A stretch of 64,000 nt of DNA, taken from contig CDRNVI010000029.1 in the NCBI GenBank assembly GCA_977017575.1, positions 868,001 through 932,000 of the forward strand, written 5' to 3'. How positions within the stretch are numbered: position 1 is the stretch's first letter; each line of letters begins with the position of its first letter. The notes under the pieces are model-generated. The model saw only the letters and a list, made by a program, of their open reading frames with translations. It searched no databases and had not been told where the DNA came from. This stretch comes from Paramoeba atlantica (taxonomy: Eukaryota; Protista; Discosea). Positions 10,427-21,518 of this stretch are shown one piece after another. Position numbers and translations under genes: made by a program.

Positions 10427-11147
10427 AATCAAAAGGTAAGGATTCTCCCGATATGTTAATTTGTCATAGAATTTGAACAATACACATTAGAAAAAGAAAA
10501 TTGTTTGAAAATGAATGGGACGCACTTCTTCCAGGGATATTTTCAAATCTTTTGGTTAGCTTTTTTTCAATAAGTAAATATTTGTAAGCTCCCTCGCTGA
10601 TCGTCGTGCAGTGACATTGAACCCCGAAGTGGTGGACTTGGCAGTATGCTCTCGGACTGTTGTTTGGACGGATGACTGGAGAGGAAATGCTACATTAAGT
10701 GATGATTTGTGCCACGTGAATCGTCAGCATCATTGGGTCGACCCAAGACCGAAGCCCATGCGCAGACAGTTGAATGCATGGATGGATCCCTCAAAAAGCC
10801 AGTTCTGAATAGCGGTACGGGCACGATCGGACGTGACGACAGCGCCCGCAACGATCGCTTCAAGTTTGGTGGGGAGGTTGTTGACGGCACATTGGGGAGC
10901 ACTTTGGTTATCATCTGCGTATCTCCTGGTTATCTCCTTATCGGACGTCGAAATGTACTGCAGACAGGTAGAATTTGTTTTAGAGTGATTTTTTTTAAGT
11001 GGTGAAAATTTTTAAAAAACGTAAAAAGGCGCACTTCTGAGTCCTTTTAACCAAATTCTCAAATACTTTTTTCAGTATACTGAAACAAACAGTATAAGAT
11101 TACATGCGAGAGACATACATACACGTACATGTATGAAAAACTAGTAA

Positions 11148-13160
11148 CTATATCGGAGGTTTTACCGGACCTGTTCCCTTCGGAAAAACTCTCATCCCAG
11201 ATAATTTCTGCTTAGGATCAGTAATACCCAAATAATCACCAAAAGTTTGATTTTCGGGGCGCTTCTTTCCTCTCTTCTTTTCCTTGTAATCCTCGAGAAG
11301 TTCTTTCATAATTTTTTCCCGACGATTTTTATTCATTAAAAGAAAAGCACGCTCCTGGTCTTCTGTGGCCTGCATAGATTCAGTGCCCATTTTACGAGGA
11401 TCACGATGAAAGCCTTCCCAGTCCAAGTGTTCTGCGACCTCCAGATCACTTTCAAAACTCGTTTTCGATGTCATAGGAGATTCAGTATGAAGGGCATCCT
11501 CGGTTCCCTGAGTGACAACATACTGTTGTGCCACATGTGTGGAAACGGTACCTGGAACATGAGGTCCTTTCTCTCTTTGAGCTCCAGAGGAATAATCACC
11601 TGGGCGTCCCATAAATGCGTCTTGTCTCGAGGTACCCATCTGTCCAGGCAGTGAAGCTGGATAATACGGGGGAAGGACATCGCTCTCACCATCTTTTTCC
11701 ATCATCTCAGTGTCGGCATCTCGCTTTCGTTCCGCCTCCTCCTCGACAAGCTTGTCCCAGCGACGTTCTTTGGCACCGGAGTGTACTTGCTCCACATATT
11801 TTAGAAACTGTCCCCCATCAAAGTTCCACGGCAATGACACAGTATGCTTTTCCCAGTCAATTTCCAATGGACCAAGTAAAAAAGTCACCTCGTTCCAGTC
11901 ATACGACGCGAGAGAGCCAGATATGGCTTGTAGCTCACGAGCCCATAACATTCTTTGCTCATACGTACAATCCGTGACAAAGGCATCCACCCCGGCTGGA
12001 TTTACTGTCGAGCGGAACTCCCTCAGACAATTTGTGGTTTGTTGAAGCATTGTTTTTGCAATAACAAATACTTCGCGACAGCGAGAAATGGAATTGTCTG
12101 CTTGACAGCGCTCCAAAAAGTCGCTCAGCGACTTCGAGGTCAAGTTGTAGGGCACTATGATCACCCCGTTTTTGCGAAAGCCATAAAAACCGGAAATTTC
12201 AATGGATAACTTTTCCACTCCAGCGAGACGTAAAGTTTCAACCGAATCAAGCAAGGTGGACAGCGCTTCAAGTGAATTTACGTGTGGACAGGATATTATG
12301 ACATCGTCTAAATCGCATGAGTTGCAAAGAGAAGTTATTTCTTGCTCAATACGACGCGCGAGGTCAGTTAATTTTTTGTGCTCCACATGGATCTCGTCGT
12401 GCCTTTCAATTAAAATCTTCTCTACAAATTCGTCCGGATTGAAATCCCACGGAACTGAAATCGTACCGGCCATGTCGGTGCTGACGCCATATCTCTGGCT
12501 TATTAAAAGAGGAATTTCGTACCATAAATTGTAGCGCATTCGAGGTAAATTATCTCGTAGTGTAGTGATCGCAAAAGCACATTGCTTTGGTGATATTTCA
12601 CGGGAGAAAAAGATTAGATCTGCTTCTACCAAATCATCTACTGCTGGTATAGACTCACGATACCACGTTTCCGAAAGGCTCTCGCTGGTTTCCTCCATCA
12701 GAGTGCGCACAGGAGTTTCCTTGCCACGGGGCCGCAGTTGCCGGCGTGCCGTTTCAAGCCGCTCAGCAGCCACATCCTGTGAATGAGAGGCCTCACCAGC
12801 TTCACGATCCAAACACTGGGCTTTTACCAACAACTCTCGGAGAAATGCGTTGATGGATCGCTCCGCCACTCCTTTGTAGGCGTCGCTTGTGTGAAAAGGC
12901 TTCGGAAGCAGAAAAGTACTCTGTACCTCCCCTCCGCCGGATCCATCATCTTCCACTTTGAGATGAAAAGCAATTTTTAGATTTGGCGCTGGTGGGGGTC
13001 GAAGAATTCCATTCTTGAAAGATTTCCCCCATTCTAAAAGTTCATTCAGTTGAGCGACGCTTCGTTCGTTGGCTCTTTGCCATGCAGCATTGCGAGAGAA
13101 GAAGTCAGGATGCACCTTTAGAAAAAACTGGTGAAGAGACTTTTTGTACACACTCTGCAT
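11148..13160 (-). CDS. TCAIM-like mitochondrial protein (DUF4460/DUF4461)
   Basis: 670 aa. The N-terminal SLHQFFLKVHPDFF...NERSVAQLNELL is the J-like DUF4460 signature. Repeated VPWDF/LPWNF motifs. Confidence 0.8.
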   Translation of the reverse strand: MQSVYKKSLHQFFLKVHPDFFSRNAAWQRANERSVAQLNELLEWGKSFKNGILRPPPAPNLKIAFHLKVEDDGSGGGEVQSTFLLPKPFHTSDAYKGVAERSINAFLRELLVKAQCLDREAGEASHSQDVAAERLETARRQLRPRGKETPVRTLMEETSESLSETWYRESIPAVDDLVEADLIFFSREISPKQCAFAITTLRDNLPRMRYNLWYEIPLLISQRYGVSTDMAGTISVPWDFNPDEFVEKILIERHDEIHVEHKKLTDLARRIEQEITSLCNSCDLDDVIISCPHVNSLEALSTLLDSVETLRLAGVEKLSIEISGFYGFRKNGVIIVPYNLTSKSLSDFLERCQADNSISRCREVFVIAKTMLQQTTNCLREFRSTVNPAGVDAFVTDCTYEQRMLWARELQAISGSLASYDWNEVTFLLGPLEIDWEKHTVSLPWNFDGGQFLKYVEQVHSGAKERRWDKLVEEEAERKRDADTEMMEKDGESDVLPPYYPASLPGQMGTSRQDAFMGRPGDYSSGAQREKGPHVPGTVSTHVAQQYVVTQGTEDALHTESPMTSKTSFESDLEVAEHLDWEGFHRDPRKMGTESMQATEDQERAFLLMNKNRREKIMKELLEDYKEKKRGKKRPENQTFGDYLGITDPKQKLSGMRVFPKGTGPVKPPI

Positions 13161-13449
13161 TGGAAGCTAAATTCCAGAGCATGGGAGCAACGCTATGAAA
13201 AAGGCATTCATGAGCAAAAGTGCGTTTAGTCGCAAACTAATCTATTTTCTAAGACGACTAGTTGTTTGACTCTCAAAATAAATATTGGCCTCTTATCTTT
13301 TACCTTCGTCTAAGGTAAATAGCATAAAAAATAAGAAAAATTTCATTTTCAAGCTCTTTTTTCATATCCCCCTGCAGACATGTACGAGAAGAAAACGACA
13401 AATTACAATTACTCCGAGCCTTCAACCCTCGTACTATCACTGCACGCAT

Positions 13450-15876
13450 TCAGTGTTTGTCGCTAGCAGCTAAGACCTCTATCCCAAGTTCTTTGGCTCT
13501 TTCACTCAGTTGTTGATCATTCGTAACCAATATAATTTTCGGTGCGAACGGAGAGCTTGGCATTTTTTCGGATATTTGCAGCGTGCCATTCAAGGGAGAA
13601 TGGCACAAGTCCTGGTGAAACAACACGTATTTGATGTATGTGGAGATACATAATAGTTGAGTATCTATTGACCAGTCACCCTGAACCACCCGCGGCCACA
13701 TACATCGCGTGGGAATCTCTTGCGAAAGCGCAAGAAAAGCAATGGGCGGGGGAGTTACGCCCGGGTTTGTAGTCAAGACCGTTTTTGCAGGGGTACTTTT
13801 CAACTTCGACTCGGAAGGTTGCACCCAACCATGCATATGCAAGTTCATGCTTATTCTTGACAATCGACATAGTTTGCACCAAATTTTCCAAAAGTGTTGC
13901 CTCAAACGCTTTGAATGAAATATTTTGTTTCTAGTTGATCTACAAAGTGAGCGTACCTCTCTCGCCACACTAAAGGGGACTAAAATTACGGTGCCTTCAG
14001 TATCGGATAGGATGTGGTCCAAATTGATCCGTTTCCACTTTGATTGGGGCATTTTTGCAGAAACGTGCTCTTGAGTATTTTCATTTTCCCTGCTAACTAG
14101 GTGTGGCTTGAGCCTTAAACCCTTCCCCGAGGTTTTTGCATTGAAGCTTAGTATAATACTAGAATCAAGAATCAATATTTTCAAATGTCGCGCTTCACCC
14201 GTCTCCTGGGGGCGGAACAATGAGCCTTGTGCCTTGTAGTTTGATTCTTGCTCAGTTCCAGGGGTGACCTGTTTCGCTGAGCTGCGCAGATCCGTTCTCA
14301 ATGCAGCGTTTAGGGTATAGCACTCTGGGTCATATTTCTCGGTGAGAAGATTCGTGCGGTTGTACCAACTACAGCATGGCCGGGTACCTGAGATGGAAGG
14401 AAGGTTCATAAATGAATGATTCAATATGCTAGAAATGTGGCGCACAGACTTGTTGCGACCACGAAGCAGATTCCAAAAGGTTTTAGATGTGAGTCGACTA
14501 TTTATGATGTAGCCAGAACGATTCGAAATCATATTTAAATCAATTTTGCATACGAGAGGAGCGTAAAATGAGTAGAGCTTCTGGGCCAAACGAATAAGAA
14601 TCGTGAGTGAACTTGAGCTAAGCGGGAGCGTAAAGCGATTTCCGTCGTAGAAACTATTCGGACGATCAATTAGTTTCATCACGTGCTTTAGTACGGCTCG
14701 GTGAGGTTTTAATTCCCCTGCGGTACGATGCCTGCATACTTTGAGTGCCAAAACAATGTCGACCGAGATCAGCGATACCCATAAGGGGGTATTCGAAAAC
14801 AAATGTCTTATCTGACCTGCAGGTGCAGAAACGTTTGTATCAAAAGATGATTTGCGATCGAGGATTTCTACATAGTTGGTTGCGGAGACTTCGGCATACA
14901 ACGTTAATGCAGTGCACCAATGATTAAAAGCTTCTTTTCGAACATTTTCTAAATATTCGACTTCTCCGAGGTGGGCTGGTAGTTGAGTTTCCTGACTGCT
15001 GTTTCTATTACCTTGTCTGCAAGATGACTTCAATTCAAATGACTTCATCGCACCGAGAAACACTCCACGGTGCGCTATTGGGCATTGCCGAGAAAATATT
15101 TCAAAGGCATCAGTCCACCGAGGCATTAGTTGAGTAAGGAGAGATATCAGTTGTACTTCAGTTTGGCACGTTTTGTTCTCAAAGGCGCGTCGCAATTTTA
15201 AACTTGAGGATCGTTCCTTCCATATGTCCAAACCGATAACCCAAGCGTTTTTGCAGTGGCAGAGAACCTGATGAAGAATCTCGGGCGCTGCTACAAAACG
15301 ACGAAAGTGTCGATTTAAGTAAACCAAAATAGGAGCCGACGGCGTATCTATGTTTTCCAGGAGTGGAACTAAGCTAGAGGCTCCACACGCCATACATTTC
15401 CGTCGAATCGCATCGTGCACGCTCAAAGCGATGATCCACGTTTGGATGCCCTTTGCTTCACTTTCCTTTTGGGGACATAAAAAATTTTCATCAGCGTTTG
15501 GAAGAGCAGTTTCCTGTACTGCACGGTAGGAAGGTTTGAGATTATTATTCAAGTAGCGAAAAATAAGTTGAATGCTGCGAGAAAGTAAGGCCTGCTCTTT
15601 AATGTCAGTCAAATGCGAACAAAGCGTACTGCTTGTAGTCCCCATGAAATTTTGTTTCTGTGGGTTCCATTGGGCCCCTGGTATTGAAGTACCAAAGCTG
15701 GAGGCGCCGACGAATCCTGGCTTGTAGATCAAGCGCTTTCTATTAAAGCTTGAGCTCAGTGACAAAGTAGGAGTAGATGAAGTGCGATGGAATTGAAGCA
15801 CAACTTCAAGGGCCTGAATCCACCCATTGTTGGACAAACAAGCTTTAACTTCCTGTTGGATTAGTTTTGCTGCCAT
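13450..15876 (-). CDS. Helical-repeat protein with C-terminal PIN-like nuclease domain
   Basis: About 810 aa (track start 15906 is TTG; first ATG 15876). Repeats WIQAL, WIIAL, WTDAF, WCTAL. C-terminal ILILDSSIIL, LVPFSVARE, IDTQLL, ILVTNDQQLSERAKELGI fit a PIN fold. Confidence 0.7.
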   Translation of the reverse strand: MAAKLIQQEVKACLSNNGWIQALEVVLQFHRTSSTPTLSLSSSFNRKRLIYKPGFVGASSFGTSIPGAQWNPQKQNFMGTTSSTLCSHLTDIKEQALLSRSIQLIFRYLNNNLKPSYRAVQETALPNADENFLCPQKESEAKGIQTWIIALSVHDAIRRKCMACGASSLVPLLENIDTPSAPILVYLNRHFRRFVAAPEILHQVLCHCKNAWVIGLDIWKERSSSLKLRRAFENKTCQTEVQLISLLTQLMPRWTDAFEIFSRQCPIAHRGVFLGAMKSFELKSSCRQGNRNSSQETQLPAHLGEVEYLENVRKEAFNHWCTALTLYAEVSATNYVEILDRKSSFDTNVSAPAGQIRHLFSNTPLWVSLISVDIVLALKVCRHRTAGELKPHRAVLKHVMKLIDRPNSFYDGNRFTLPLSSSSLTILIRLAQKLYSFYAPLVCKIDLNMISNRSGYIINSRLTSKTFWNLLRGRNKSVRHISSILNHSFMNLPSISGTRPCCSWYNRTNLLTEKYDPECYTLNAALRTDLRSSAKQVTPGTEQESNYKAQGSLFRPQETGEARHLKILILDSSIILSFNAKTSGKGLRLKPHLVSRENENTQEHVSAKMPQSKWKRINLDHILSDTEGTVILVPFSVAREVRSLCRSTRNKIFHSKRLRQHFWKIWCKLCRLSRISMNLHMHGWVQPSESKLKSTPAKTVLTTNPGVTPPPIAFLALSQEIPTRCMWPRVVQGDWSIDTQLLCISTYIKYVLFHQDLCHSPLNGTLQISEKMPSSPFAPKIILVTNDQQLSERAKELGIEVLAASDKH

Positions 15877-16153
15877 GGGTCTCTTTACTGCTTCCCAAAC
15901 GACCAAAAAACATTAGTTGCCGATTTTTTCGTCGTATGGTCCGACAATGTATTCACGAAAAGAAATCCGAAAAAATACTTCCACTCTCACCTGAACCCCA
16001 AGTACATGAAATAAAAAATTCACGAAATAAAAAAAATCAGCAAGGAGATGTATCGCGGAGAACGAGAGTCGTGTCTGTTTACGTGGAACACGATTTTATG
16101 ATTCACATAACTTTAACAATACGCTTGGACTAAAAATAAACCACCACGCTATC

Positions 16154-17383
16154 CTACCCCAAAGGTCTTTGTAAGGATCCCACAGGCGCCGACGGTTTTT
16201 GTGACTTCCACCCCAGCGTACGTTTGCCTCCAGTAAATTTCCTCCACCGCGTGTACCGCAATCCGCCATACATCACCTGATTCGGCCACCGTAGCATACG
16301 TTCCAGCTGTCGCGTGTCATAGAGCTGCCGTGCCTGTTTCATCCCACCTAGAAACACGCCATCCACAAAGAGCATACAACTCTCCCCGTGGTGTCCCTTA
16401 CGCAGCCTGTGAAGCACAGATTGCCTCATGGTATCTAAAACCTCCGAAGAAGGAGAGGTATTACCCTCTGTAATCATATCTTTCTCGCCTATACTCGTAT
16501 CCCTCCCCTCAGAACGATAATCCGACGCAGTCACAACCCCCTGGGCTAGATCACGCACCTGATTTGAGGAAGGTACCACCAGCACCGGGGTGCCGTTATT
16601 TCTCGTTTGCTCCAGATCTTCTAGCATCCTCTTCAACTCCTCATCCAAATCTAGCACCGCCGGAACCACACGATGTCGAACAATCCACGAACGCACCCGG
16701 TCCGCATCTTCCCGGGAACCGGCTCCAGAACACAGCACCACCACGCGGGAAGCCGTAACGAGCTGTTTTGCAAACCGCTCCACATGATCCTCCCACACCA
16801 CCTCCGGCGTACCCCGGGTAACGACGGGACCGGAATCCTCCGTCTCGCACATCTGCAGCTCCACAAACTCCCGTGTCTTTCCCGCATCAATCGCACGTCG
16901 TAGTGCCGCGACGGCCTTCTCTAAACCCGTCGACCCACACAAACGCTCCCCGGTTTCTTGTTTCATCGAGGAAGCCACCCCTTGATCTTCCCCGATTGGA
17001 TCCTCTAACTTCGTCGCGGTCGTCGTCGTCGTAGAGCCGCAACATGGCTCCTTCTCCTTCTCTTGTGGGGTCTTACCCGTCTCTCCCTCTTTCTCCTGTG
17101 GACTCTTGTTGTTAAGAAAAACCTCCAGCTGTTTGTGAATGCCTTTACGGGTACGGTGCGGGCTCTTGTGTCCAAGGGAGAGGGCTACGTCGGAGGGGGG
17201 GATACCGAGGAAGGTGGCCAGCGCGTGGCGGTACTCCACACGGAGACGGGAGCGGTACTGGGCGAAGGAGAGGATGAAGTCGGGGCGGGGCGCGGTGTGG
17301 AGGTGGTGGTTGTGTTCGAGGAGCACGCGACGGAGGGTCTCGGGGCGGATGAGGAGGGGACGGAGGGGGGTGGGGGAAAGCAT
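16154..17383 (-). CDS. Hypothetical protein with C-terminal glutaredoxin-like fold
   Basis: 409 aa. LFVDGVFLGGMKQARQLYDTRQLERML resembles the Grx C-terminal motif; no CxxC. Confidence 0.65.
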   Translation of the reverse strand: MLSPTPLRPLLIRPETLRRVLLEHNHHLHTAPRPDFILSFAQYRSRLRVEYRHALATFLGIPPSDVALSLGHKSPHRTRKGIHKQLEVFLNNKSPQEKEGETGKTPQEKEKEPCCGSTTTTTATKLEDPIGEDQGVASSMKQETGERLCGSTGLEKAVAALRRAIDAGKTREFVELQMCETEDSGPVVTRGTPEVVWEDHVERFAKQLVTASRVVVLCSGAGSREDADRVRSWIVRHRVVPAVLDLDEELKRMLEDLEQTRNNGTPVLVVPSSNQVRDLAQGVVTASDYRSEGRDTSIGEKDMITEGNTSPSSEVLDTMRQSVLHRLRKGHHGESCMLFVDGVFLGGMKQARQLYDTRQLERMLRWPNQVMYGGLRYTRWRKFTGGKRTLGWKSQKPSAPVGSLQRPLG

Positions 17384-18743
17384 GGCGGGAGGGGGGAAGG
17401 TCCGGTAGGGGGAAAAGGGGGAGGGGCGGGGGGTAGAGTAACAAGGCGATAAGGGGTCGTGTCGAGAGTTAGGTTCTGTTATAGTATATTTTAAATGATA
17501 CGGTCGACACCCCGCTAATAGACCCCCGCTACTAGGGACTCTTTTTCGCTATTGCGGCAGTATTCTTCCACATTCTGCCCAGCGCATGGGATTTGCCCCT
17601 TGGTGACGTAGTTATTAGCTGAAGCTGCCTTGTGCCCACTTTTGCTTTGTGAAAACACTTTTTTGGGTTTGGCGTTCTATACAGCCACCAATTTCCGGGG
17701 CGGTCTAAAATTTGTGTCGTATGAGTTTTTGACCTAATTCCTTTGGCATTCAACAGATCTCGAAATTTTAAGCTGTTTTGCGGTATAAATAAAGGTAGAT
17801 TCCATGTTATCCCATATGACCCACTTCATCTGCCTTGACCTCCGGTGCCTGTCACTCAAAGTCATTTTGAACCGTGCGAAACTGTGGTCGTGCAATAATT
17901 AGAAATGTACGGTTATAGTTTTCTCTCAAGGAAGCGAAAGAAAGGGGAAGGAGTCTCCTTCCCCTTCTCCTTCAAGGAGAACATTTCTCATATCCCACAA
18001 ACCTTTCGAGGACAAACGGGTTTAAATAAACATAACCAAACATTTTCAAGTATAAGGAGGGATAGGTTCCAAGCCTATGGATGGATTCCGCTTTTATACA
18101 TCGGCATCGAGATGCGAGTACTACGAAAAATTAGTCGAAGAAGGGCAACAGGCATGGCCACGGATCTCTCTAAATTCAGAACCTTCAACGTTCTAATCTG
18201 TCAGTACGAAAGTCCCCTTCCAGCCACAAGTAGTTTTTCAAACGGCGACCACAAAGAAGGGCCGAGAAATTGTGGTAAAATGATTTTCGTCAATGTGATA
18301 ATGCTTTCGTGGAATCGCAGTTGATGAATCGAAGCGCACACGCGATCGCCACAAGAAAAGGCGCGAGATTGTAGCGCCTTTCACATCCGCTTTCACAAGC
18401 GGATCAATTTGAGATAAGGCAATTGCGTCTCTTCGATTGGATTTCAATGATGCCCGAAAGTAATGGAACGAAATGCCGAGAGAAAATCTCAAATCTTCAG
18501 ACCAGAGTAATGGAAGGAAATGCCAAATCTTCGGACATGGAGTCTAGTAATTTGAAAGACGATAACTTTAAGAGATTAATAGTCAATGCCTCTATAATAA
18601 GGTGGGATTCAACACTTGATGAAAGCAATAAAAAATATCTGAATGAAAACGAAATTCGAGGAACATGAACACAAAAAATACCGCGGCAACGCTAATAGGG
18701 GCGGGGCTACCGGAGCAACGCTAGGATAAGGGAGCATGTCTAA

Positions 18744-19586
18744 TCACACGAGACCCCATACTAAGCCAAACAAACGCAAAATAAGACAAATGAGAACAAC
18801 AGCAACTACCCACGTAAGACGCGGGAGATGCACGAGAGACGTTGAGCTCTGTTGAGCTCTGTAATTCCGTGAGAGGGGACGAAGGTCTCGGAAGGGCGTT
18901 GCTTCCTTACGTGGAAGCTGGGTGTACGGGGAAGTACCGACCGGTGTGGTAGGGAGTTTTGAGGCCACACGTGTATCTCCGGGGCGAATGCGAGCATAAG
19001 TCGGCAACCGCTCCATACAGGGAGAAGCAAGCCCCTCTTGTGAGGGGGAGGCTGGGGGTATGCGAAACGGCGAAGGTTTTGTGTTAGGCAAAGGGGATTT
19101 TTCGGGAATTTCATCGGAAAAATCGGTGGGGGCGGATAAGATTGCAGTGCTAGCGTGTTGTTCCACGCTCTCCGAAATAACGGAATTAGTGACTTCACCT
19201 TTGCGTTGCTTACGACGTTCTTGCATATCTTGTAATTTCTTCCACAAATTCTCGTATCGTGCGGGTTTGGTGGTTGCAGGAGGTGACTCGTAGGAAAGCT
19301 TTCGCGAGATTGTCTCGGTAGAGGGAGGCTTCTGCTCACTTGAATCTACGAGAAAGGCAGGCGTTTCAGTGCGACGGGCTTCATTCGAGATTCTATTGTG
19401 GAACTCGTCTTCAATGATTTGGGGTTCATCGGAAGATGAAACTTCATGAATTACGGTAATTTTTTCATGGCTTCGCTTTGCTGGAGAGTTTGTAGGGGAT
19501 AAAATTTGCATTTCCTCTTCCTTAGATAGCTTTCGCACTGAACTGCGATTGCGAGGACCTTTATTAAAATAGGTGAATCCAGGCAT
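18744..19586 (-). CDS. Hypothetical tail-anchored membrane protein
   Basis: 280 aa. S/P-rich body and a single C-terminal hydrophobic helix, LTWVVAVVLICLILRLFGLVWGLV. Confidence 0.65.
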   Translation of the reverse strand: MPGFTYFNKGPRNRSSVRKLSKEEEMQILSPTNSPAKRSHEKITVIHEVSSSDEPQIIEDEFHNRISNEARRTETPAFLVDSSEQKPPSTETISRKLSYESPPATTKPARYENLWKKLQDMQERRKQRKGEVTNSVISESVEQHASTAILSAPTDFSDEIPEKSPLPNTKPSPFRIPPASPSQEGLASPCMERLPTYARIRPGDTRVASKLPTTPVGTSPYTQLPRKEATPFRDLRPLSRNYRAQQSSTSLVHLPRLTWVVAVVLICLILRLFGLVWGLV

Positions 19587-19866
19587 GTGTCTTATGACAG
19601 ATTAAGATATCTTTCTCTAGTTAATGTTCTCCAATTCAGAGTTATTTATTCTGGTGATGAACAACAAAAACAATCTAGCTACAAACGCTTCACGTTCCGA
19701 GAGATCTCAATTAAATATTTTATTGTGAAGGAAGTTCTTCAGACCTATCTATATAGCCACATCCGAATCTTGTTACAACCCCGACTCATGGGGGAAAGAA
19801 GTTACGTAGGCACAGCACAAATGAGGCAGAAGGAAGCGAAAAATGTACATTCTTCCCTTGGCATCT

Positions 19867-21204
19867 TTATGGCTTTCCGAGAATGCGATTCAAGTTCCCT
19901 TCTGGTGGCCCCAGCATGGCTGTGATGGCTTCTTGCACGAGATTACGAAACCATTCGAGTTTTCGAGCGTCGATTCGACGCGCACAGTTGAGATCGTCTT
20001 CGTAAGGATCCTCGAGACACATGTTGAAATGAAAACGTTCCCTCCTCTTCTCCATCCACCGAACATCCTCCCGTCTTCTAACTCGATCTTGCGTTAGAGA
20101 GATCACCTCGTTTTTCCAATCGAAGGTCGAGTAAAAACGAAAGAACTCAAATATCTGGGATCCAAGTTCTTCGTAATCAACGAAGTTCGGCCACGGAGTG
20201 AAATCTGGGTAACGTGGAAGGTGACAAGCATCGGGGATGCGCCAGGGGTCAAACCACCCCACTTGCCCGGTCCGGAGTAAATAGTAGATCCACATAATGG
20301 TCATGCCATATGAGGTAAGATTTCCCTTCGCCCCTACACCAAATTCCGTGGCCTTTCCCCATCTTTTAATCGTCATTTGACACAAACGAGAGACGGAAGG
20401 ACCATTTGGGTCGTGCAGGTATTTACGGATCAGATAGCTGTTGCGCACAGCGTAGCCCAGAAAGGTAATATCAAACGAGAAACGAAGCAACTCCGGGAGA
20501 TCGTTTAGATTAGCCACGGCGCGGGAGTAATGTGCCTTCATTGATTTGGTTATAATTCCTGTCTTTCCATCCGGCAACACGCCAATGCAGCGAAACAGTT
20601 GATTTGTGGAAGCAGCAGTAAACGTAAACGTGGTGTTGCCCCCACCCGGGGCATGTTCCGTAAGGGTTTGTTCTAATTCACAGCCCGCTTTTTTCATCAA
20701 GCCCTTGAGCGCACTCTCTTTTTCCGGAGACAGCGCAAAAGCGAAATGAAAGGCTCCGGTACGGGCATTGCGTGCCCTCTCCCCCGTCAGCGGCATCGCG
20801 ACAGATTCCAATACCACCGGGCTCGACTGCGCCACGTACTTCACCAGCGGGATGCGTACCATGTCAATGTGTTTAATGTTACAGGCGGAGGGAATAGAAT
20901 ATTTGATACGATGGTAAAGCTTGTCGCTCAATTTGGTTGCTAGTTTGGCATCCGGGAGACTCCCTACGCTGTCCAGCACACAACTGAGATCCAAATCACT
21001 TCCCTTCTCTAAAAGACCCGTGGTGACGACGCTGCCCTCGAGGTAGATGTTCGCGTCCGGAGCCATCTGACGGGCGAGTTCCTGGGCCTGTTCCTGGGCC
21101 TTTAGAACGGTGTCGTATGCACTGCGGGGAAGGAGCCGGGATTGAAGCCGGTTTGCGATGTGGAAGCCCCAACGTTTCCAATGTGCGGCGTTGTATTGTG
21201 ACAT
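19867..21204 (-). CDS. KRET2: RNA-editing 3' terminal uridylyl transferase 2
   Basis: GSVVTTGLLEKGSDLDLSC (nucleotidyltransferase motif), RET2-type middle domain (IGVLPDGK), RNSYLIRKYLH, LTSYGMTIMWIYYLL, HLPRYPDF, LEDPYED. The frame is open upstream to at least 21336 (GTG) but the first ATG is 21204. Confidence 0.92.
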   Translation of the reverse strand: MSQYNAAHWKRWGFHIANRLQSRLLPRSAYDTVLKAQEQAQELARQMAPDANIYLEGSVVTTGLLEKGSDLDLSCVLDSVGSLPDAKLATKLSDKLYHRIKYSIPSACNIKHIDMVRIPLVKYVAQSSPVVLESVAMPLTGERARNARTGAFHFAFALSPEKESALKGLMKKAGCELEQTLTEHAPGGGNTTFTFTAASTNQLFRCIGVLPDGKTGIITKSMKAHYSRAVANLNDLPELLRFSFDITFLGYAVRNSYLIRKYLHDPNGPSVSRLCQMTIKRWGKATEFGVGAKGNLTSYGMTIMWIYYLLRTGQVGWFDPWRIPDACHLPRYPDFTPWPNFVDYEELGSQIFEFFRFYSTFDWKNEVISLTQDRVRRREDVRWMEKRRERFHFNMCLEDPYEDDLNCARRIDARKLEWFRNLVQEAITAMLGPPEGNLNRILGKP

Positions 21205-21518
21205 GGATATCTCAGGAAGACATGAAAAGAGGGTTGGTGGTACGCGATGGGATGGAGTGTATCTGTTCTGTTTGATAAGTATCAAAGAAACATTAAAAAC
21301 CGTACTGTGGTCCCTGTCCCCTTTAATATAAACCACCTGACCCCCCCTCTTTATACTGATCCTTTTTGGCCCCTAGGCCCACCGGAAGCCTTTTTCGTTT
21401 CGGAAAATTCTCGTTCCGTATAATTTTCGATTCTTGGAGATGATTCTTTTTTTTGCTCAGACCATTATTTTGAGCAAGGTCAAAATTATTGAAGTGACCA
21501 CAACCAAAATAGAAAAAT

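Noticed and set aside
17450-18740. 1.3-kb gap with short ORFs on both strands
   Set aside because: No continuous frame or recognisable motif; left unannotated.
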